Shown here: piece after piece, positions 1 to 12,981 of the stretch
How the letters are laid out: each line of letters begins with the position of its first letter
How positions within the stretch are numbered: the first letter of the stretch is position 1
Source: Lepidodermella squamata
Lineage: Eukaryota > Animalia > Gastrotricha
Length of the DNA: 64,000 bases
Assembly: GCA_047495785.1 (NCBI GenBank)
Contig: JBLDXI010000033.1
Span: 620,001-684,000 of the forward strand
Direction of reading: 5' to 3'
Program-made: the position numbers and the translations under genes
Notes under the pieces: generated by a model
Told to the model about the DNA's origin: nothing
Seen by the model: only the letters and a program-made list of their open reading frames with translations
Databases searched by the model: none

Positions 1-76
1 TGCCCCGTTTGGGTCTTAAAGGTGGTCCCATTTCGACGCACAGAAATAAAAAATCTGGTCAGAAATAGTCACTTAC

Positions 77-2159
77 CACTGGACAAAACTTCCAGTTTGT
101 TGTGCGAAAGATCCAAATTCGTCAAATTTGTAAGCTTGAAGAAATTGGCTGGAAGCTCGGCGAGGCGATTTTCTTTCAAATTCAGTATGCTCAGAGACTA
201 AAAAATCGATCAATAAATACCGACAAATTTGAAATAAAAAATATATATACCCCTAAATGACCGATTTCTTCTGGAAGTTTGACCAATCGGTTGCTGGATA
301 GCAATAACGCGTGGAGAGAGCTCAACTGGCAACAGCACGTCGGAAGACTCGTGAATTTATTGTAGCGAAGATCCAAAATTCGAAGCAGCGGCAAATTCGC
401 AATCGAATCCGGCAGGGTGGTCAACAAGTTTTCGCTGAGGCCCAAATTTTCGAGGTACTTCAAGTGCTCGATTTCGCTCGGCAGGCTCGTCAGCTTATTT
501 TTGTCCAGGCATAGCTCGGTTAGCGTTGTCGATAAATCGCGGAATATGTGCGTCGGCAGCGAGGGCAAACCGCCGTCTGATAGATCCAATCGACGGCCGT
601 TTGAATTTTGCCGGCAATTAGTTACCACCCGTTGCCAGTCCTGGAAAAATGGAACAACAATAAAAATTTCGAATTCCGACTTTCAGCCGATTTTCAACGT
701 GAGAAAAGTGGGGCGATGAAAAATAAAATAGTTTTTGGAAATATTTGTGTCGCTTCAGCTAACACAGCACCCTAAATCAACTATGTTTCCTCAAGTTGCT
801 CTTGCGGTATCAAATTCGATAGGTCTTAGTAAGCCGAAACCAGCCGAAGTTATCAGAGACTTTCGTTTTAAGACGAACAAATGTAAACTAAGAATATTTT
901 TAAGGCCTTGTCAAATTTGATCAGAAGAGGAACCAAATTTTGAGCGATTGATTCGCCGAAAATTCCTTCTCAAAATTTCCGGGAGAAAAATTCTAATAAA
1001 TTACCATGACATTCTGCGTGATTTTCAGCATTTCATCTTATCATCACTTAGAGAGTATAGCCATGCTTTAGCAAAATCACTCGAAAATGACATTATAATA
1101 GTTAGCATTTAGTTCCGAATTCAGTACCACAACATGCAAATTGGGTTTTGCTAAACTATTATCAAATATGTTCATTCTCCTGTTGTCACTGTTTTCCCGA
1201 GGGACTAAAAAATAATTAGCAATACTAGAAGCAATACGAAAGGGAAAATTTCTCGAACATTTCTTTTTGCCCAAATTCGGCAAATTGAGAGCAATTTCTT
1301 GAAAACTTCTGTCCCTAGATTTGCTATTGAAACTGAATTAAATTGCAATTTCGGATTATCTTCGGATCCTATTCTTTCTTAGAAATGCAACCAAATTTTA
1401 AGGCAATATAAATAGAAAACTTGGGTCGTCGCCTTGCCAGATTAAAATTTTGGGAAAGAAAATGTTTCTAGTCGTCCTATCGACTTGTTATCGATTGTAT
1501 CGGGGTGACTTTATGTCAATCAAGATATTGGTTGAATTACAATCGTAGGTAGAATTGCCCTCCAATTCAAGCCTTGGTAGCTGAATTCAATTCAATTCAA
1601 TTCAAGCCTTCGGGATAGAAAGCCTGATGCAATTTGAGCCCCTCAAGCTATTTAACAAGACAATGTTGGAAAATCCCTTGTGGCAAAGAAAATCGAGACC
1701 ATCAATTTTACCGAGCTTTCCCACAGCTAATGAGCTAAAAATTAATCATAAAATTTTGAAATTTCAACCCGAAAAATAACAGCTTTTTGCAAAACAGCGA
1801 AAGAATTCTAGAAAATTCAGGAAAAAAACAGCAGTGGCTTTTATCGACTTCGGGGATGAGTTTCAATTCAATCCTGATTGTGCCCCTGAAAATTGAATAC
1901 CTGAATGAGATAATAAAAACAAACTACGCACAATATCTGGCTTTGACTGCTTCTTCGTGGTCGAGCTGGGCCTAACGATTTTGTTGCCGTCGGGGTCTAG
2001 AATTTTGACCGAGTGCGACACCGCGTGGTGGTCGACACTGACTGAAGCCCGGCGCGTCGGCTTGCCGCTCTTCGGCCGCGCCGCCGGGCTGTCGGCATGC
2101 ATCGCCAGCAGTTGGGCGGCGCCAGCAGCAGCAGCACCTTCGCCAGCCTCCGAGTTCAT
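77..2159 (-). CDS. SHOC2: Leucine-rich repeat scaffold SHOC2/SUR-8/soc-2-like, 5' part (gene runs off the window start)
   Basis: Exons ~2159-1932, 640-251 and 197-77 join in frame across GT-AG introns. A low-complexity N-terminus is followed by VTNCRQNSNGRRLDLS...LTELCLDKNKLTSLPSEI...LGLSENLLTTLPDSIANLPLLRILDLRYNK, which follows the SHOC2 LRR start (CREENSMRLDLS...LTELYLYSNKLQSLP...LSENSLTSLPDSL...LDLRHNK). Confidence 0.8.
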
Positions 2160-3513
2160 AACAACCAGCAAACCAGCGGCGAAAAACTGCTCTACTATCA
2201 AGTTTAACCGCTCTATAAATGTCGAGACAAATCAAACACAGAGTTAGATTTGCAGCGGCTAGCGACGCCCGCGCGACAAAGTCTCACAGGGCGCATTCGA
2301 GTGGAAAGGCAGCCCTCGAATTGACACGATACGATATCGATCTCAGCAAGCAACAGCAGCTTTTCGCATTATTTAACACACAACTCAGCCGCGCCATACA
2401 AAATGTGGTTTATTTTTATTATTATTATTATTATCATTATTAATATTATTCGTTATTTCCTTCAACATCGCCGCGTCTCATCATCACAACACCACCACAT
2501 CGACGGGCTTTAACGTTCTATAAGAGGGAGTAGGAGGAGGTGGGGTTAAATTTACGCTCAGACATAAAACAGAAACAGATAGAATACAAATTTTCGTATC
2601 ATAAAATTGAATAAAATGAAGCAGTTTTGGCTCTCAAGAAAATTTCATTTACACAACAACAGCTCTTGCATAAAAGTGCGATTTTGGGTGTTCCACTTAA
2701 ATAATAACCCCGGACCTCAACTTATTATTATTATTTGATCATGCAAGCAAAATATAGCAAAATACGACCGCTCACTTTTTAAGGTGGCTGGTGGTTTTCT
2801 CCATTTCATTTGGTCATGTTCTCTCACACACGCATGCTCTATGTATATTTAGGAAAAATCATAAAAATCAAACAGCCGAAACAAAAACAATATAATTTGC
2901 GCAAAATATCAAATTATTTCATATATCGTCGTCGTATCAATTTTTTATTACCGCAGAAAAAGACGGGGTAAATTTAATTAATAACATTAGAAACTCGAGT
3001 TTTGTTTTTGAGCAAAGTCAGAGCTACTAGTTACATTGTAGTGTAAGAAAAGAAAGGAATGTATAAACTTTTGAAATCGTCCGCTTCTCAAAATCACGTG
3101 GCTCCTAAGGTGACACGCGCCTAAAATTTCAAATCCGGCAGATTTCATAGAAAAGACAAACAATTAACAGATGCTAGCAACGTTTTTGGTGTGTAGAAAA
3201 GGAAAACAGGTTAAAAGCACTTGTTTAGGATGAGCAAAGCAGGACAGAAGAGCTTGTGTTATAAATATCATAGTAAAACAGTAGTTTTTGTTACCACAGT
3301 GAAGAGGAATTGTTTTATCATATCAGTTTGGAAGCAGTTTATAATTATTGTTTGACACAACCGCAAAAATTTAGTTTCAACGTTAAATGGGGTTAGTTGA
3401 CAGAATAGAAAATCCAGCTTAAATAATTTTCTCCGTCTTGTTCCAGCCAATTTGCCCCGATTTAACGCTAAAACTGTTACAAATCAACAATTTGAAATTA
3501 AATTTCATTTTTT

Positions 3514-6500
3514 TCAACACACGTCGATGGCCATTTCCCGGTTCCCGAATTCCATCCACAGTGTTTCAGCCGATTTTTTTTCATCATCCTGATTTTGCGG
3601 CGGAGGCGGCGGTGGCGGGATACTCGGCGGCCCGTCGACTAGCAACGAGGGCATGCTCCGCCTTAACCGCTCCGCCTGGTGAATACTCGCATTTTTAGCC
3701 TGTTGCGCTACAGTTTGCGACAATCGCAATAGCCGCTCGCGTTCCTGCGATTCCTGGCGAATCGCCGAACGCAAATCGGCGGATTTCGACGTCAGATATC
3801 CCGCTTCTTCCTGCGTCAAGTTCGACAGACTTTGCCGCACCAAAATCTGGCGATATCGCTCTGAACGTTGTTCTTTTTCTTCGTTGTTACTCTGAGAGGC
3901 TGTCCACGAATCTTCAACCAGATCCGACGTGGGGTCGTAGCGTTCTGGGATGGAGATTTTGTCCGGCGCGCCGAAAACATCGCGTTCGAACGACTCTGGC
4001 TCCACCTCAAAGTCGAGGCTATCCTCCTGCTCGCGGTGGTTCTCGGGCGGTGGCGGCGGGGTCGGCACTCGTAGATGGGCCGAGAAGCGCTAGAACGACA
4101 CAAAAACAAAGCGGGTTATATACGATGATATGAATAGGTTTATTTCCACTCGACTACACATTCCGCCTAGAGTTGCGTGTAGTCAAGAGCATCAGCAAAT
4201 ATAACGTGACTAGGGCGATGGCAATGAAAAGTAGTGCGCAAATAACAATAATCGTAAACACAGCGGGAGATAAATGCGACCGCCGGGCAACAAACGCAAA
4301 CATGTGTTTTGCGTGTTTCGCCGTTTCGTTGCCAATTTGCATGCGAGACTTAATTATAACAGTTAGCGACGACTCTTACCCGGGGTACGGACGACGTCGA
4401 CGAGGTGTTGTAGATGACAGGCAGAGCCGGAGCACTTGTTCGTGCCGCCGCCGGCGTTTTCGAGGCGAAACGACCTGCCGGCTGCGGCTGCTCTTTTTCA
4501 TTACCCACGACCGCCAAAGCCCTCTGCACCATGTCCACAAGTTCGGCGTCGTTTTCCGGCCCCTGCCGCCCGCCAGTTTCACCGTTGCCACTCGTCATCT
4601 GCACGGGCCGGCTGTTGCTTTGCGGATTGATGTATTGCCGGGCAAGACTGTCGATCGTAGCCTCGGACCCGGCGTCTGACAGCATCGAAAGAGAAGCGGC
4701 CGTGTGGAGGGTTTGCGGGTTTTGATTGCTGCCGTTGGTCATCAGGGAGGACAAACGAGAAACTCCGATAGCCGGTTGATATTGCTGGTGACGCTGCGTT
4801 TGGGGTGGAGTCATAACCTGGCCTTGAGGCTGAAATCTCAGCGGTTTCGAATAGATGGGCTGAAATGAAAGAAACGAGAAAATTAAGAAAAATTCACAGC
4901 AGAAATTTAGCAAAAAATAGAGACAAAAACGTTTACAGTTCGATAAAAAATCGGAAAATATAATATATTAAATTATTCCGAATATTAGCAGTGGTCAAAA
5001 AATTGAAAACTACAGAGATCCAACTATAGAAAAATAATCTTAAATATTCGAAAGAAATGATAAAATCCCCGGAATTGAAAATATTTATTACTTAAATTGC
5101 TAACTTGGTTATCCGAACCATGCCCTATAGTTTTTTTTTACAGTTATGAAAAATTAATACAGCGAGCCAAAACAGAAAAAATCGGTTATGTGCGAAAAGA
5201 GCAAGCGAAATAAGAGCAATGATATATGAGCAATGACATGAGAGCAAAACGATATGAGAGCAACGAGATAAGAGCAGAACGACGAAAGAGCAATTATTAA
5301 TGATAAATCAAGAAAAAATAGTGGCACGCGATCAGATTTTTCCTTATTATAGACAAGTGATTCTCGACCCATTAAGTAGCTCGAATTGCTGTTAAATCGC
5401 TCCGCTAATCACTTGATAGTGATGAGGAAAAAAATATGATCGCGTGCTACTATTTTTTCTTCATTTATCATTAATAATTGCTCTTTCGTCGTTCTGCTCT
5501 TATCTCGTTGCTCTCATATCGTTTTGCTCTCATGTCATTGCTCATATATCATTGCTCTTATTTCGCTTGCTCTTTTCGCACACAACCAAAAAATCATACT
5601 TGCGTTGCTTCTCATTAGCAAAAAAATGTCGAAAAATTATATGATTCAGCTCTTCTGCTATCTTGCCGCTTATTTTCAAAAAAATTCTAATTTTCTAATT
5701 TTCGATCGAATAATAAAATTTTAACCCAGGAAAAAGCCGTATATCCCTTCATGGCAAAAGAGCGGTACTACTTTGTTTTGAGTTTTTAAAATTCGTTAAA
5801 CAGTACGTACCTCTGGCTGCTTAAACTGAGGTTCGGAAGTTTGTTGCACAGGCTCAGGATTGTACATGAAAACGCGTTCCTTCGAAGGCACTTTTTCAGA
5901 TTCCAACGATTTCGGCGCCTCTAAAACCGTAGTTTTCGTCCCATTTTGATTCTGATAACGCCGAACTGTCGCGTAGACAGGGCTATGCGAGGTCTCATTC
6001 GCAGTTTGCTGCGGCTCAACCTGCCTTTGCTGCAAAATCGGCGCAACTGGAACGACTGGTTGCGGGTAATAACGCGACTGTTGTTGTTGCTGCTGGGGCT
6101 GAACAACCTGTTGCTGCCTGACCGCAAATTGCAAACTGGGCACTGACAGCGACCGACTAGGTGCGTTAACGTGCATCGCCTGTCTCGCTTTCAATTCCTG
6201 TAACTGCTTTTCAAGCTCATTTCGTTGAAAAATTAGAGATTCCAGGTGTCGCGAGGCAGTGGCTAAGCTGCCCCGAATTCCGTGGAGTGAAGATTCCAAC
6301 TGAGTCAACTGATGAATTTGACTCGAATTCGCAGTCATCCTCGACCGAATCACATTTATCGCATCAATCAATTGTTGATGCTGCTCCTGCAGTGATGTAA
6401 CAACCTCAGTCTGGCGGTTAACAGCCTCGTCCAATCTCCAGAAAATCGCCTGTTTACTCTCGAAATCTGCATCGTTGTTCTGGGTGAGTTGATCAGCGAC

Positions 6501-9500
6501 TACTGCTCGCTCTGAATTTATCCTCTCAACATTTCGTTGTCGTCTCAATGTGTTTGAGTCCGAGTTTCCGTAAGGCGAGACTACGTTATCAACCAAATTT
6601 ATCACCGATCGCTCGGCCCCGAGTTGCTGTTCGATGATTTGGTACAGAGTAGGGTCGACATACCGGCCCTGGGCCTGGCGCCGGCGAAGTTGGATCAGCA
6701 TTAGAACCAACTCGTCGCGAGTTTTGCCATACACATCTTCAACCCGGCGAGGCGGCTCAGGGCTGGGCAGATGCTCTACAGAAAATAAAATCGCAAAATA
6801 AATTTCAGTAATTTGTTGGCATTTCAACTAGCTACATGTTCCACTACAAGCATTTTTCTGAATTTAAAGCTGCCGAGCTAAAAAATATTGCATAAATCAC
6901 TTTTCTAATTTTTACAAATTCGAATAATTTTTTAAGGAGGATTTTTGCAGTCTCCATTCATCAAGCGGTCAATTAATCATGGAATATTGAGCTTTTTCCG
7001 GAACATTTTCAAGGCATTGAAATAACAGAAATTAGTTTAGGTCAATTTATCGTCAATGCCTCATTTCACAGTGAGCTGCGATGGGGAAACGGTATTTCTT
7101 CTCATCGGTTAAGCCTCGAAATTGAAGAAAACTGATAGTGTATCTCTCATGCATTCACCATGCGTCGGTATATATGATAATATTAAGGTGGGTCTATTGC
7201 TAGCTAGCATGCGATTAGTAAGGAGTTTTCTGAAAAAACTAACCACTGTCGACTGCGACGCTACTCTGAGGGGTCTCCGAGGCATGAGCATCCAACCAGT
7301 GTTCGACATACATCGAAGAAGCAGGCGCATTCGCAGCAGTCGAATTCGTTGAATTATTATTACTCGCAATTACAGCGGAATTCGTTCTCTTCGCAACCTG
7401 GCTGTACTGCGGGCTCATTTGCATTACAGGCTTAGCTGCCGGCCGAGATATGTCCAATTTCGACGGAGTCACGCCCGGTGTCAGAGTTCCGCTGTTTTGG
7501 TCGTCATCCCTGCGAGTTCCATCCACCTCATTAATCGCTGTCGAACTGGTGAGTAAGTCCTGTCTCAGCCAGTGACTAAGCGACGGATTTTGCGGGGTCT
7601 GATTGCCCTCGCTATTCACGCATCGCATCAAGCTATAAACTCGCTCCTGCAAATTCGGAATTTTCGGCTTATTCAACGAATTATTCGATGCGTTTAACGC
7701 TGAGTTATTTTGCTGCTGCCGGTCATAAGTCGTGCTGCTGTGAATCGAGGGCGATGAGTATGGCTCAATCGGTTTTTGCTGGGGTTGAGGTACTGAAACG
7801 GTCATGCTATTCCTCCCGACATCTAATGAGTCGTAATTTCTCGAATTCCACTGCTGTTCATTTTGCAGTTGCTGTTGCAGGGCGTTGAAAAGAAACGGGG
7901 CTGAGTAACGAGTGTTTGTCTGCGGAATGATCGGCGATTCAACGACTGCTGGTGGGCTAGTCGCTTGAGCCGGCTGGGCGATGGCGGTGGTAGTAGTAGA
8001 GTTGGTAGTAGAGGAAGAGGGAACTAGATAATATGGACGAGCAAGCATGCAAATGAGTTTTAGTTCATAACAAATTGGCTAGCGAGCTAACCGCAAGCTG
8101 GGTCGTATTAATTGAAGGGGGAAATAGTAGGAAAAAAAATTGAAATAGGTAACTCACTTGTAGTGTAACCACCGTATCTGTCTTGACCATAATCGTAGTT
8201 CTGAAAAAAAAATAAAAAAAAATAAAAATTTTATGATTCTTATCACAGGTTAATTTTAATAATTCCAGCTTAATTATTGACTGCAAATCAAAGTTTTCAG
8301 TTTTGGAGCTGAAACAGTCAATTTCTTAATTTTTTTACCAAAATATTCACGTCGCATTTTCCTAACCACAAAATTTCAACCGCAGGCACTATGCCAAAAA
8401 TTTTCACTTCATTTCACTAATGACAATGACTTCTCAACGAGCTGTCAAAACTTTGAGACAGTCTCTATTATTTTATATTAAAAATATGTGATGAATAGAT
8501 AGGCCGCCTTAAATTAATGAATAGCTCTAATGAAACAATGCTTGTTTTCGAGAACAAACCTGATGATTTTGAGGTGGAATGCTGCCGTTTTGCTGCTGCT
8601 GGCTCTGCTGAAGAGGCTGTGGGGCCTGCAATTGCGTTATCGGCGAGGTGACAGGCGGCCCGGAAAGGCCGATCATCGACGCCGAGCGCTTCCGCCGCTC
8701 CTCGTCCAGCTGCTGGATGAAGGCGCCGAAACGCTGTCGCGACGCCGTCATTTCAGGCGCTTTTTGCTGCTGCTCGTAGATAGGCTGCTGGTTCTCGTAG
8801 TTGCTGTTATTCATTATTTGAGGAGGTGCTTGATATGTGGCGTAATTTTGCTGCTGCTGTTGCTGTTGTTGGAGGTGGTGAGGGGGCGGCGGCGGAAATC
8901 GGACTGGGGGCGGCAGAGGTGGCGACTGCGTATAGTTGTAGAAACCCGCCTGGGGTTGTTGCTGTTGCTGATAATTAGCAAAATTGTTGTTGCCAAACTG
9001 CTGCTGGATTGGCGCCGCAACTTGACGATGATAAGGCAATGTACTAAAAATATTAACAAAAATAATCAATTTAAACATTTAAGAAAAAAAATTTACTTGG
9101 AAGAATAATCAGCGGCATCATTTTGCGGCGTAGGCGGTGCTTGCTGTTCGATGTTTTGAGGTGGATGGGAGTGAAAAGTGCCCATCGGTTGAACGGCGCC
9201 CTGCAGCGCTCGAACCCACTCCGCCATATCAAGCTCAGTCTCTGTTGCGAAATACAGCGTCTTCAGACCAGGAGCCTCACAACGGAACGCAAATCGCCGG
9301 TAATTTTTATCCTCGCGGCCTGAAATCGTGATTTGGTAGTTGTGAAGCAGGAATGAGTTCAACAATTTGTCGCTGGTCGATGATTTATACACATTTAGAG
9401 TGCCTAGTCGCAAGACGGCCCATCGTTTATGCCAAAATTTAATCGGCCAACCCTCCCAGTGGAACAGCCAGCCTCGCATCAACGGCGCGTTTTTCTGCGT

Positions 9501-9743
9501 CTCGGCTGGTCGATTGACCGGCGCTGCTGGCCTCGGCTGTTGATAAAAATTGCCATTTTGCGGCTGTTGAGGTGGTGGCTCGGCATAATTCAGGCCATTA
9601 ACTGACGCCGAACGCATAGCCGTCTGTTGTTGTTGCTGCTGCTGCTGGGGAGGAGGGTAGTTTCTGCTGTTGTAATAAACATCGCCATTTCCAACATGAT
9701 ACTGAGTTGCATTCCCGTTTTCGACAAGTTGAGGTTGCAGCAT
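3514..9743 (-). CDS. Pleckstrin homology domain protein, PLEKHA5/6/7 (kramer)-like, Gln-rich with coiled coil
   Basis: Exons ~9743-9097, 9043-8560, 8200-8158, 8023-7244, 6775-5811, 4859-4380 and 4089-3514 join in frame. PH domain (RGWLFHWEG..KFWHKRWAVL...YFATETELDMAEWVRAL), central coiled coil (6775-6150), and C-terminal APDKISIPERY motif typical of the PLEKHA5/6/7 family. Confidence 0.8.
4154..4348 (-). CDS. Candidate alternative terminal exon of the PH-domain gene encoding a C-terminal transmembrane helix
   Basis: AG at 4350-4349 is in phase with the donor at 4379. Reads SRMQIGNE...PAVFTIIVICALLFIAIALVTLYLLMLLTTRNSRRNV-stop. Confidence 0.4.
   Translation of the reverse strand, partial: SRMQIGNETAKHAKHMFAFVARRSHLSPAVFTIIVICALLFIAIALVTLYLLMLLTTRNSRRNV
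5184..5587. mobile_element. MITE / foldback element with ~150-bp terminal inverted repeats and 8-bp TSD
   Basis: 5184-~5334 is a near-perfect reverse complement of ~5437-5587. The arms contain repeated GAGCA units. AAAAAATC flanks both ends. Termini are GG...CC. Confidence 0.85.
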
Positions 9744-9880
9744 TAGATAAATAAAATCTCAACCATTAATATATAAAAACACAACACTAAAAAGAAAATA
9801 CAGAAAATCAATTTGTAGAATAGCGAGCTTTTTACTGCTTTTTTCCCTCTACATCACATCATCGCAACTATAAACGTATT

Positions 9881-10566
9881 TTATTTTGCACCTTCGCCCT
9901 GTGAAATAAAATAGAACAACGTGCATAAATGAGGTAGATAGTATCTCAGTAACTTACGAATCCGATGGGGGCCGCGCCAGAACCGGCAGCAGCAGCCTTG
10001 TCATCTAAAAAATAAAATAGAATTTATAATCAGGTAGTGCATAGCAAATTAGCTTTTTACTACTACGCATTGCAATTCATTTCAATTAATGCTACTACAC
10101 AGGGTATAGTAGTAAGAAATACTCACCACGACGGTAGGCATCGCGGCCAGCAAGAGGGACGGCATCGCCAGTCTTCGGGGTACCGGAAGCACCAAGAGGC
10201 CGGGCAGTGGTTTCACCCTGGCGTTGAGCAGCCGTGCGTTTCAGAGTCGCCGGGACGATCTCAGGCGGCAAGTGAAGGTATTCGCGAAGATATTGGATGC
10301 CCTCGTTGGTGAGGTACCAGTAGTAGTGCTTCCAGCAGAACTGCTCCTTCACATAGCCTCTTGATTGCAGACCCTATTTATTGCTCATTAGATCACAGTC
10401 GAATTCTATAAGTTTGCGGTCTTACCTGCATGGCCTTGATGACGTGCAAGTTTGGAACGTCCAACTGAGGATGCTTGGGGGCGTGGATGTCCTTCTTGGC
10501 GACCAAGACACCCTCGGCGAAGAGGAGGGTGTACACGGCCTTCCGGTCCTTCTTGGGCATCAACAT
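9881..10566 (-). CDS. RPS10: 40S ribosomal protein S10 (eS10)
   Basis: Exons 10566-10426, 10373-10127, 10004-9958 and 9898-9881 give [26 protein letters not shown]...[57 protein letters not shown]. Confidence 0.97.
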
Positions 10567-10626
10567 TTTTAAGGATGTTTCCTAACCTAATCATCATAAA
10601 ATTCACAATAAACACCAAGAAGCTTA

Positions 10627-10700
10627 CTATTCGTAGCAAGTTTATATGAAAAGTTGATGAAACGAGATGTCTCAAAGACAGAATATATATATATACCCAC
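10627..10700 (-). promoter_or_regulatory. Probable RPS10 promoter and non-coding first exon
   Basis: On the minus strand, a TATATA run (~10695-10683) is followed by pyrimidine-rich TOP-like sequence, a GTAAGC donor at ~10627 and an acceptor at ~10588 just before the ATG. Confidence 0.45.
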
Positions 10701-11213
10701 AGCTCTTTTGTCGCCAATTTAGAGGTTTAACACAGAGGGCTTCGAATCATAACTTGTACAGTTGATACGAGATCGGTCATCATGTTTGCGATCAATCTTT
10801 GTCTGTTGTTTGTGTCTAAAAATATACGAATCAATGCTGAAAAACACCACACCATCGAGTTTCGGCAGAAAGAAACTGATTGTTCTATTTCGACTTAGAA
10901 TTTGGTAGAAGTTATCAAATAAATAAAATGTTTCCAGCATATTTACAGCACTGATCCCCTTCACCTTCGCCGGTCTGATATTAAATTTCTGATAAGCAAT
11001 AGAATGAGCATGATCATATTTACTCTAGCGAGATGACACGACGACTATTCTCACACGTGAGCGTGATCTGATATCAACAAAGGAATATGCATTTCTGAAA
11101 CTTGAAAGACTAAAAATAACTTGAAGACAGCAATGCTAATAATCTAACATATAACAAACCAACTAATCCTTGAAGCTTAATATCACTGGAGCATGTAGCA
11201 TAAAACAGACCAA

Positions 11214-11887
11214 CAGTAGCGGCGCCAGGGGGGGGGGCGAGGGGGGCGCCGCCCCCCTGACGAGATTTTTCTTGAACTCTCGCCCCCCTGGAAATTTTCA
11301 GCCCTCAACCCAAATTCGGAGCATTTTTAGGCTATTCCTGCGGAAAACTCCACAAAAATAGCGTCAGCTAAAGCTCGCTTCGCTCGCGTTAGCCAGTTGT
11401 CTACATTTGCGCTCTGGTTCTAGAACTCCCAAGTTTTTTTGTATAGACTGCTTTCCCAGGGATCCAAACTCAATTCAACAATAAAGAAGGTTGCAAAAGC
11501 TTTAGTTTTAAGCGATATAGCTAGGGCGCGCAGTGGGGAGAAATGCACTCAACAAGGTAGTGACGGTTTACGACGCCTCACGCCCGTGTGCGGAAGAATT
11601 TGCTGAGATCGAGACTCCTGAAAACTCCAGATTACGTAAAGAGGGTCCAAATAATGAAGCATTTCTAAGTTAGTCCGTGAGTGTAACTTAAAAAAATAGC
11701 GTTAGCTAAAGCTCGCTTCGCTCGCATGTAGATTTTTGTGTCTTCATTGGTAGCTTTTGATACTGTCTCCAATTTCAACGCTCAGCTACAATCTTTCGCA
11801 CACATGCACACAAAATTACAGTAAGTATTTTCGCTAGCCTAGCCCCCAGCTCGCCCCCCTGACAGCAGAACCCTGGCGCCGTCCCTG
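11214..11887. mobile_element. Non-autonomous hAT-type element (MITE)
   Basis: TIRs CAGTAGCGGCGCCAGGG / CCCTGGCGCCGTCCCTG. Perfect 8-bp TSD CAGACCAA at 11206-11213 and 11888-11895. Internal direct repeat AAAATAGCGT(C/T)AGCTAAAGCTCGCTTCGCTCGC at ~11355 and ~11694. Confidence 0.88.
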
Positions 11888-12981
11888 CAGACCAAGTCCC
11901 ATTCGAAAACCGCAGCGCACAAAAGGATTACTTAGTCAGACATGACGAATTCAGAAGATAGGCGAAGCTAGAAAAAAGAACAGAGCATAGGCGTATACAA
12001 TCGTTGCCGGTCGTCAGTCATTACACGGCACTCATATTGCCAACTAGAATGAAGCAAACGCTGTTTCGAACTGCGAGACAGCATCAATTTCGAAATGCCT
12101 TTGCCATAGAACATAGAACAACAGAGAAAGGGCTGGCAGCTAAGATAAGATTTCAAGGTGGATTCATTAGAGCTTAAAGACATGAAGATGACTTTGGACA
12201 GCGAAATCCTGAATAATCCTGCTATAAATCCCACGCAAGGAGAGCTACTCAACCTGAAACTTGGAATGCATCACCCTAGAACGACACAGGGCAACACGCA
12301 CGTCGAACGACACAGAACGAAGGGAGCCCAAGAAAACTTGAAACGAAAAGCCGGCCCCGCGATGACACGCTCAACTCTTTTATTAAATATTAGCTGTATT
12401 TGAAATTGTGTTCTATAACATATTTTCATATGAAATATATCGTCTGTGAAAAGCAAATACCAATTAAAAAGGCGAGTTTTTCGACGACTTGGTTCGAGGA
12501 GTTAAGGACGCGCATCGAATTGTCAACACGTCAGCACTCGCAAAGGATTCATTGGCTGAGCTGTTTGCGTACTTGCGAGGCTTCATCATGCGCCGTTTTT
12601 AAAGCTGAAGTGATATTTTTTAACCTCAAGACGAGCCTGTTTCAAGAAGCAACACTCACGAACAGTGGTGGAGCTATTAAATTTTATTGGGATGCAAAGG
12701 TGCAAATCAGGTCGGAGTTGGTTAGACTTTGTTAAGGCATCAAAAAAACTATGGGCTTTGAAATGGAGGAAGAGGAGGAGTGGTCAAAAGCGTAAGATTT
12801 TCCCCTTAAAAAAAGCACAGTCGGGGTCCATTTTGGACCGGGATGCTCGAACAAGCATAATTACCCCCGTATCTCCGCTACTTCTCGCGAACTCCTGATT
12901 GATTCTATACACACATATGAAATTATTCTTGTTTCCCTAGCAGACTCCTTAATTAAGACCTTATTCAGTGCATTCAGTGGG

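Noticed and set aside
5154-5644. Two near-identical hydrophobic ORFs on opposite strands
   Set aside because: Artefact of the inverted repeat arms.
10005-10126. Possible snoRNA in an RPS10 intron
   Set aside because: A small hairpin and a CTGA are present, but there is no convincing C box or H/ACA architecture.
11900-12900. Short ORFs upstream of MCCC2-like as coding exons
   Set aside because: No in-frame spliced path with a start codon was found and no family is recognisable.
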